From positions 804,956 through 868,955 of the forward strand of contig CAVSAT010000004.1 in NCBI GenBank assembly GCA_963726005.1: DNA of 64,000 bases, in the 5' to 3' direction. The translations under genes were made by a program, and so were the position numbers. The first letter of the stretch is position 1, and every line of letters begins with the position of its first letter. Source of the DNA: an uncultured Acidimicrobiaceae bacterium (GTDB lineage: Bacteria; Actinomycetota; Acidimicrobiia; Acidimicrobiales; RAAP-2). This document shows positions 57,841 to 64,000 of the stretch, piece after piece. A model generated the notes under the pieces. The model was not told where the DNA came from and searched no databases. It saw only the letters and a program-made list of their open reading frames with translations.

Positions 57841-58971
57841 GTGGCGGCCATGGACAACGGTGGGCGAGCTCCAGGAAGAGCGGATAGTCCCAGACCCTTC
57901 GCGCGCGCAGCTGAACCCGATGTCGCGCCGGCAATCGCCGCCCGACTTCGCTCGCAGTTGCTCGCCGGGGCGCCGGTCGATTCTGCCGAGAAGGTCGTTG
58001 CTCGCTTGCTGGCGGTTCAGGCCCAAGACGGACGCGGGGCTCGGCTGGCGATACGCAGCCGCTCGAGTGGTCTGAACGCAACCGACGTCGACCGTGCCTT
58101 GAGCCGGGACCGTTCCCTTGTCGTCACCTGGCTTAACCGCGGCACGCTCCACCTCGTGCGAAGTGAGGACTACTGGTGGCTTCACCGACTCACCGCCGCG
58201 CGCTCCACGATGGGGAGCGAACGCAGGCTGCAACAGGAGGGCGTTGATACTCGGCAGGCGGTGCGCGGCGTGAAGCTCATCGCCCAGGCGGTTGCTCAAG
58301 AAGGCGCCCTGACTCGCGATCAGCTCCGCCAACGCCTCGACGCCTCCGGGGTTCCCACGGCGGGTCAGGCCCTCACCCATCTCCTCGGCGTTGCAAGCGC
58401 GCAGGGAGCCGTGCTGCGCGGACCCATGATAGGCACCGAGCACGCTTTCGTCGCCGTGGACCGGTGGCTGGGACCCGCCCCGCGCGCGCTGGATCGCGAG
58501 GAGGCACTGACCACGTTGGCGCGCCGCTACCTCGCCGGGCACGCGCCTGGTGGGCCCGAAGATCTCGCCAAGTGGGCCGGGATAACTCTGAGTGATGCGC
58601 GCCATGGTTTCGCGACGATCGACGACGAATACGTGTCGGTGGACGAGGGGCTCCTCGCCCCGGGCGCGCTCGGCGACACGGCCATGCCGGCACCACGCTT
58701 GCTCGGCCCCTTCGACCCGGTGTTGCACGGCTGGGTCTCGCGCGAGCCATTTGTCGGTCGCCACGTTGGCGTCGTCACTACCAACGGTATTTTCCGGCCC
58801 GTCGCACTTGTAGATGGCCGGGTTGTCGCAACCTGGGGCCTCCCCGGGGGACGGCCGACCGTCGTGGCCCTGGAGCGGCTCTCCGCCCAGGTCCGACGAG
58901 CCCTCTCGGAGGATGGCGCTGATGTCTTGCGGTTTCTCGGGTTGCCTAAGAGCCCCATGCGTTTCGACTGA
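57841..58971 (+). CDS. Winged-helix HTH_42 superfamily protein (AlkZ/YcaQ-like DNA glycosylase)
   Basis: RLLAVQAQDGRGARLAIRSR and the overall length and pattern match the DUF1006/YcaQ family. The Q-A-Q triplet is at 58018-58026. The N-terminal start is uncertain. Confidence 0.75.
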   Translation: MAAMDNGGRAPGRADSPRPFARAAEPDVAPAIAARLRSQLLAGAPVDSAEKVVARLLAVQAQDGRGARLAIRSRSSGLNATDVDRALSRDRSLVVTWLNRGTLHLVRSEDYWWLHRLTAARSTMGSERRLQQEGVDTRQAVRGVKLIAQAVAQEGALTRDQLRQRLDASGVPTAGQALTHLLGVASAQGAVLRGPMIGTEHAFVAVDRWLGPAPRALDREEALTTLARRYLAGHAPGGPEDLAKWAGITLSDARHGFATIDDEYVSVDEGLLAPGALGDTAMPAPRLLGPFDPVLHGWVSREPFVGRHVGVVTTNGIFRPVALVDGRVVATWGLPGGRPTVVALERLSAQVRRALSEDGADVLRFLGLPKSPMRFD

Positions 58972-58976
58972 TTACA

Positions 58977-59010
58977 GATACAGCATGAGTGGTGCCGATA
59001 CAGCACGAGT
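58977..59010. repeat. Direct repeat GATACAGCA(T/C)GAGT x2, 20-bp phase
   Basis: Read directly from the sequence, 75-108 nt upstream of the DUF4177 ATG. Confidence 0.8.
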
Positions 59011-59084
59011 TCCGGGATCCCATACCGCCGGGGAGGGTCCTCAGTCCTACTCCCGGCGCAAGATCCGGCGTGTAGGGTTCGCGA

Positions 59085-59276
59085 ATGATCATCTGGTCCT
59101 ACAAGTTGGAGCGATTCGACCTGGTGGCGAAGGACGGTCAAACCGCCCTCGAGGCCGCTCTCAACCAGCTGGGAGAGCAGGGCTGGGAGCTCGTCGGAGT
59201 TCAAGCCATCGGGGAGTACTCCTACCTCATCTGTAAGAGGCCGGTCGATATAGGAGAATCCGCTGGTCGAGGGTGA
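59085..59276 (+). CDS. DUF4177 domain protein
   Basis: 63 aa. WSYKLERF...LNQLGEQGWELVGV is typical of DUF4177. Confidence 0.7.
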   Translation: MIIWSYKLERFDLVAKDGQTALEAALNQLGEQGWELVGVQAIGEYSYLICKRPVDIGESAGRG

Positions 59277-59578
59277 CGTCGTCCCTGATCGCCGGGAGGG
59301 CAACAGGTGGTTCGTGCAAAAGATGCGGCGATCAGCGGCGGAGACTACGAGTTCGAGGACCTCTATCTCGGTGCTCTTCTGGAGTGGACTGAGATCGACA
59401 CCTGCGGTACTCCACATCTAGTGGACGGGTAACGGTATTTCCTCACTGGTCGAGCGAAACCCCCGTCGGGCGGCCAATGCGATAGTTGGAGCGGAACCAG
59501 GATGGCTGTCGTCGAAGTCTCGATGAGACTCATGCGCTTAAACTCGGTAGCCCAAGTCCAAAGGGGGCGAGTGACGGC

Positions 59579-59923
59579 ATGAGCGATGGGTCTCCAGCTT
59601 CTGACACCCCCACCCCGCAGCCTGGCGAGGCGCCGAGTGTACCGCCCAATATGGCGACACCATCTCCGGGAACGCCGACTGGACGCACTCGAATCTCGGC
59701 GGTCTGGTTGGGTGTAATCATCGGCGTTGTCGTGCTCGCGTTGGACATGGTGTTCATCATCCAAAACAGTCAGTCGGTGAAGGTGTCATTCTTTACCGGG
59801 AGTGTAAACATGCCACTTGGGGTCGCCCTTCTCCTTGCAGCAGTCGGTGGCGTGCTGCTTGCCGGGATCGTGGCGTCACTGCGGATCTGGCAGCTGCGTC
59901 ACCGGCTACACCAATCGAAATGA
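59579..59923 (+). CDS. LapA-domain (DUF1049) membrane protein
   Basis: ATG 59579 sits behind AAGGGGG. A Pro-rich N-terminus is followed by two TM helices flanking IIQNSQSVKVSFF. Confidence 0.7.
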   Translation: MSDGSPASDTPTPQPGEAPSVPPNMATPSPGTPTGRTRISAVWLGVIIGVVVLALDMVFIIQNSQSVKVSFFTGSVNMPLGVALLLAAVGGVLLAGIVASLRIWQLRHRLHQSK

Positions 59924-60316
59924 GATTGCCGTCATTCCTTCGTGACCGGACAGCCGACCAGATGCCACCGCCCGATCGGTGCTCTTTCGAAGAGTGAAGT
60001 TCTTTTGGCGAAATGAATGAGTCAGCTACCGTCTCGGTGTTCGAGCCGACCCTCGGAGTCCGCGGATCACCCATAAAGGTCGATCCCGCTGTTATCTCTG
60101 TACATTTCGACTGCGCTCAAGAGCGACATGGAGGTCTTGCTAGCGGAGCCCTCGGTGGCGAAGTTCTGTCAAGCAGAAGCGGAATACCCCGGATTGGGCG
60201 TGTGCGATCTGGCCATGGTGGGGCGTTGGTGACCGGCGGCGACAGGGTCCGCAGTCCCGCCCGCTTCGTCCGACCGGGCCGGCGAAGTGGGGCACCCTGT
60301 CCGCTGAGCACGATCG

Positions 60317-60775
60317 CTACGATGGCCACTCGTAGCACACGTCGGGGGCTTGCTCCTCGTTGGCGCCCGTCGTCATGGCGGTCGCGACGAACCCGTGTGC
60401 TTCATAGAACCGGCGGGCATCGAGATTGGTCTGAAAGGTCCAGAGTTTGAGTCCGGTCGGACGCAGTCTCATGGCATGCTCCAGCAGTGCTCCTCCGATG
60501 CCCCGTCCTATCGCAGCGGGGTCGACATAGAGCTGATCGATCCACTCGTGGTCAAGCACCATCAGAGCGACCGGTTCGCCGCTGATGTCGGCGACCCAAA
60601 CCTCGCAGGTCGGGAGCACGACCTCCTCGAACCACCGGTCCACTTGCTCATCGGTGTGGACGGTGGGAGGTATCGATGGGACTGAAGCCGTACGAGAGCG
60701 GAGCCACAGCGCAGCGAGAGAAGCCGCCTCCCTTGGGTCCGCCTTCCGGATCTCCACGCCACATAATGTCTCCAA
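60317..60775 (-). CDS. GNAT N-acetyltransferase
   Basis: Contains QLYVDPAAIGRGIGGALL and ARRFYEAHGF. Confidence 0.85.
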   Translation of the reverse strand: METLCGVEIRKADPREAASLAALWLRSRTASVPSIPPTVHTDEQVDRWFEEVVLPTCEVWVADISGEPVALMVLDHEWIDQLYVDPAAIGRGIGGALLEHAMRLRPTGLKLWTFQTNLDARRFYEAHGFVATAMTTGANEEQAPDVCYEWPS

Positions 60776-60795
60776 GAAGGCGAAGTAGAGCGTTA

Positions 60796-61203
60796 CTAAG
60801 CGTCGGTGGATAGCTGTGCCTCGAACTCCTTGGCATCGAAATAGTCACGCCAGCCGGTGATGACTCCGTCGTGAACCTCAAAGACACCCGCAATCCTCAA
60901 CCCAGCCGTCTTTCCTCCCAACCTTACGTAATCGATCCTTTCGGTCATCACGACTCTGCCATCAGACAGTAAGTGGAGAACGTCGACGCCCACCTCACCG
61001 CCCAGGCTCATCATCCGAGCGAGGTCTGCCACGATGGCTTCTCGTCCCTGGACTGGTTCAAGCGGGCCGTTGCAATACTTGGCGTCCTTACCGAAGAACC
61101 GGCTGAGCGTGGCGGCGTCGCGCGTCGGCCATGCCGTCATGAACGCTGCCATGAAGTCACGCACGACTTCCTCGGCGTTCGGTCGACCGCCCACGGCACT
61201 CAT
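60796..61203 (-). CDS. SnoaL/limonene-1,2-epoxide hydrolase-like NTF2-fold protein
   Basis: ATG 61203. 135 aa with VVRDFMAAFMTAW...ERIDYV...FEVHDGVITGWRDYFD. The upstream part of the track ORF is shadow sequence. Confidence 0.7.
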   Translation of the reverse strand: MSAVGGRPNAEEVVRDFMAAFMTAWPTRDAATLSRFFGKDAKYCNGPLEPVQGREAIVADLARMMSLGGEVGVDVLHLLSDGRVVMTERIDYVRLGGKTAGLRIAGVFEVHDGVITGWRDYFDAKEFEAQLSTDA

Positions 61204-61398
61204 GTTGTCCTGCTGCGCCTTTGGCGTCGAATCGGAACCAGACCGAGCGGGGTTGCCGGATCGGTCTGCTGAGAGTGATCGCCGACGCCCTTCTCGTGCC
61301 GAACTGCCCCACCGTCCCGCGAAGTCAGGTGTGACCCTGGCTGGAACCAGGGTTTCGGATATTGTATCCGTGCGTGCCTTGCAGTAGGAGGAGGAGCC

Positions 61399-62742
61399 AT
61401 GCGCAGGTCGTGGAGTGTCTCGACGGTGCTCGCCGCTCTCGTGGTCACGGCGGCCATGCCGGCGGCCGTCGCCGATGGCGCGACGGCGCCAGCGAGACAT
61501 GCGTCGCTCGCCCATGGCACCTGGCCAGGAATTGGGACCGTGTGCGAAAACGGGCCGGGCGGCGGTGCCTCAGCCCGCGGGGTAAGCGCCCACTCAATCG
61601 ACATCGCCACCTTCGCCGACCCGGCCAACTCGGCTGAACCCGGCCTGAACAAGGAGTTCTTCCAACTCGCCGGCGCGTTCGCGAGGTGGTGCAACGCTGC
61701 CGGTGGCATTGACGGGCGCACCATCGTGGTGCACGACCGTGACGCCGCCCTCGTCAACGCGGGGCAGGTCACCGAAGAGGCCTGCCAACAGGATTTCATG
61801 GGGGTCGGCGGCGGGCTCGTCTTCGACCAGTCGGCCGTGCCGGTCCGGGTGGGCTGCGGTCTGGGCGAAATCCCCGCCTACGTCGTCTCGAACGAGGCAG
61901 ACAGAGCTGGCCTCCAGGTGAACCCTCAGGACATCAGGACCGACGAGATTGAAGCCGGGTGGTACAGCTCGCTGGGTCGCCGCTACCCCCAGGCGGTCGA
62001 GCATTTCGGCATCGGGGCTGCCAACGTGCCCAGCATCCTCGATCCGACCCGGAAGTGGGAGCAGGCGGCCCAGCAACAGGGCTGGAAGGTGGTGGACTGG
62101 CAGGAGCCGCCGTTCACCGTGGCCGACTGGGCGCCCTACGTGGAGGAGGCCCAGGCCAAGGGGGTGCAAGCGCTCGAGACGCCGACCGGCACGAACATCC
62201 AGACGTACTTCCAGGCCATGGGCACCGCGGCCTACGACCCCGCGTTCATCTTCATGGGGATCGGAATACCCGAGCAGCTGGGCAGGTCGTCCTATCACGT
62301 CTCGGTGTCCGGTCCGTTCCCGCCCATCTACTACGCCGCCCAGGCTTGGCCCTTCGAGTTGGCCTCGCAGAGCCCCGGCCTCGAGCAGCTGATCTCGCTA
62401 ATGCGCAACGACGCGCCGGGCGACACGATCGACACGAACGACGAATACGCCGTCGACGCCTGGCTGCTCTTCGCCAAGTCGGCCTCGGCCTGTGGGGCGA
62501 ACCTGACCGTGTCCTGCGTGTTGGATCGCGCGGCGGCCCAGACGAACTGGACCGGTGGCGGGGTTTACGCGCCGATCGCTCACCTGGGCATGTCGGATCA
62601 GAAGCCGACCCCGAGCGACTGCTTCCTCCTGATGAAGGTCAAGGGAAGCGGGTTCGCCTACGACGAGGCCGACACGAGGCCGAACGACCGAATCTGGCAC
62701 TGCGACCCCAAGAGCCTGTACTCCGTCTCGACAACCGGCTGA
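61399..62742 (+). CDS. Secreted periplasmic-binding-protein type 1 (branched-chain amino acid/amide-type) substrate-binding protein
   Basis: The signal peptide is MRRSWSVSTVLAALVVTAAMPAAVADG. The overall pattern is Peripla_BP_6-like. No transporter partners are adjacent. Confidence 0.7.
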   Translation: MRRSWSVSTVLAALVVTAAMPAAVADGATAPARHASLAHGTWPGIGTVCENGPGGGASARGVSAHSIDIATFADPANSAEPGLNKEFFQLAGAFARWCNAAGGIDGRTIVVHDRDAALVNAGQVTEEACQQDFMGVGGGLVFDQSAVPVRVGCGLGEIPAYVVSNEADRAGLQVNPQDIRTDEIEAGWYSSLGRRYPQAVEHFGIGAANVPSILDPTRKWEQAAQQQGWKVVDWQEPPFTVADWAPYVEEAQAKGVQALETPTGTNIQTYFQAMGTAAYDPAFIFMGIGIPEQLGRSSYHVSVSGPFPPIYYAAQAWPFELASQSPGLEQLISLMRNDAPGDTIDTNDEYAVDAWLLFAKSASACGANLTVSCVLDRAAAQTNWTGGGVYAPIAHLGMSDQKPTPSDCFLLMKVKGSGFAYDEADTRPNDRIWHCDPKSLYSVSTTG

Positions 62743-62883
62743 GACGGTTCGTGGTTGGCGGACCGTCGGTCCGTGCCGATGCCCGTGCCCCAGACCAGGC
62801 CGATGGCCGCTTCTGGCCGTCGCGAGGTTGATCCGCGTGCCTTAGTATTTGCGCTTTCCCGGCTTCGATGCGAGGTGGGCAAA

Positions 62884-63264
62884 ATGGATATCCGCTCAGC
62901 AAGGGACGTAGCTCCTGTCATCGAACACGCCGGAACCGTGCCGGTCTGGTGGCTCATTCAGCCTGGTGAACTCAAGGACGTGACCAAGGGTGGATTCCTT
63001 GAGCTTGTCAGCGAGTGGGAAGTTGCCGGCGGTGGTCTTGTCGACCCACACTCGCATCCCACGCACGAGTTTTACTACATCATTTCTGGACGCGGCATCA
63101 TGAAGATCGCGGATGAAGAGCGAGAAGTGGGTCAGGGCGATCTGATCCGGATTCCCCCCGACGTTGTGCACAGCATCTGGCCGCTGACCGCCAACTCGGG
63201 ACTTCGCGGGTTGGCTTTCGCCGTCGGGATCGAAGGGGCCGATCCTGTTGACTACACGAGCTGA
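62884..63264 (+). CDS. Cupin domain protein
   Basis: ATG 62884 sits behind GAGGTGG. Contains PHSHPTHEFYYIISGRG...GDLIRIPPDVVHS. Confidence 0.8.
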   Translation: MDIRSARDVAPVIEHAGTVPVWWLIQPGELKDVTKGGFLELVSEWEVAGGGLVDPHSHPTHEFYYIISGRGIMKIADEEREVGQGDLIRIPPDVVHSIWPLTANSGLRGLAFAVGIEGADPVDYTS

Positions 63265-63583
63265 TACTTGAGCGTCACGTCTCGCGAGGGCGTGGATGGA
63301 CAACGGAAACGCCAGGACGACACGCAGAGAGTTCAGGCCGTTTCTCTTTAGCTCAAGAACTACGCTGATCGTCCTACTCCGCACGATCCGAAGGGTAATG
63401 CGGTGGCCCGCAAGGCTCTCAGAGACGTTTCACCGTCACGCCCTCAACGAGCGTGGCGGTCTTCCTGTGTTGGCTCCTCCAGGACCTAACGCCACTTCGG
63501 ATACCGAGAAGACAAAACCGCTGCTCCCGGATCTCCGAGGCCGCGTCAGAGTTCGGACGTACCGGGGGACCCCGGCGGGACGC

Positions 63584-64000
63584 TCACACGTGGTGGAGCA
63601 CATCTCCGACCTCAGCAATATGAAGATGATCGATTTCCTCACAGAGTTCGAATGGATCGAAATGCAAGGGCGTCATGCCAGCGTCCTCAGCTGACCTGAT
63701 GTCGTACTTCACGCTGTCACCCACGTAGATCACGTCGGAAGGACCTAGACCAAGAGAGGGAAGCGCAAGATCAAAGATGCTTGGATCTGGCTTTGCAACG
63801 CCAACCACGCCGGAATCGATGACTATTTGGACCGGCACGCCCAGTCCCTGTCCCACTTGGCAGATCTTGCTTCGGACAAGCTTCTCTTCGACGTGACCGT
63901 CCGAGTTGCTCACCATTCCCAATCTGAGTTCCGCGTGGTGGAGCCTCCACAATCCGGCGATGGATCCACTGAGGATGCGCCGCCACAAATCGAATGACGG
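63584..64000 (-). CDS. HAD-IA family hydrolase (5' end beyond the window)
   Basis: Contains MVSNSDG...VGVAKPDPSIF...YVGDSVKYDIRSAEDAGM. The frame remains open to position 64000. Confidence 0.75.
   Translation of the reverse strand, partial: PSFDLWRRILSGSIAGLWRLHHAELRLGMVSNSDGHVEEKLVRSKICQVGQGLGVPVQIVIDSGVVGVAKPDPSIFDLALPSLGLGPSDVIYVGDSVKYDIRSAEDAGMTPLHFDPFELCEEIDHLHIAEVGDVLHHV

Noticed and set aside
59300-59415. Small ORFs in the DUF4177/LapA intergenic region, for example VVRAKDAAISGGDYEFEDLYLGALLEWTEIDTCGTPHL.
   Set aside because: They are under 40 codons with no ribosome-binding site. I have no way to test conservation here.
62744-62768. The hairpin GACGGTTCG-N7-CGGACCGTC after the binding-protein gene, considered as a terminator.
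   Set aside because: The stem has only 9 bp with one wobble pair and no U-tract. It is too weak to call.

Overview
All calls come from reading the ORF translations and the DNA by eye; no searches or computations were run.

Organism and content: the window is a high-GC, actinobacterial-type chromosome segment. Markers are the mycothiol enzymes Mca and an MDMPI/DinB-type protein, an F420-type luciferase-like oxidoreductase, and PspA/HtpX. I support about 65 coding regions. I found no rRNA, tRNA, CRISPR array, transposase or integrase.

Left part (1-43.2 kb): dense, very GC-rich core genes.
- An OafA-like acyltransferase.
- Two small secreted paralogues facing a NarL-type two-component system.
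- fumC and a pterin dehydratase.
- A pspA-htpX-(PspA-associated-like)-phosphatase operon.
- mca and purEK.
- A Liu/Atu-like cluster: acyl-CoA dehydrogenase, enoyl-CoA hydratase, carboxylase beta and alpha subunits, and AtuA.
- clpS, a DHA2 MFS transporter, an ABC-F ATPase, a Tat-exported solute-binding protein and a peroxiredoxin.
- An ArsR-SRPBCC fusion with a perfect palindromic operator.
- A PadR-ABC-FtsX module.
- A sulfotransferase-DUF1214 pair.

Pseudogenes or sequence errors: three genes (sensor kinase, response regulator, ABC ATPase) each carry a single frame break in a G/C run.

Right part (43.25-64 kb): at about 43.25 kb a start-less C-terminal gene remnant and a 17-bp hairpin coincide with a visible drop in G+C. 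The remaining 21 kb looks like an accessory patchwork:
- A GGDEF-EAL protein.
- An MFS exporter behind a 750-bp structured leader with an 8-codon uORF.
- Cupins, a SAM methyltransferase and a roughly 1-kb ORF-poor gap.
- A knot of five small orphan ORFs at the lowest GC.
- A Cys-rich secreted protein, DUF4389 and a zinc-ribbon membrane protein.
- An aldo/keto reductase (AKR) and an AlkZ-like glycosylase with a Q-x-Q motif.
- DUF4177, a LapA-like protein, a GNAT, a SnoaL-like protein, an orphan solute-binding protein and a partial HAD hydrolase.

Many long Arg/Pro/Gly-rich ORFs in the track are GC shadow frames and were not called.
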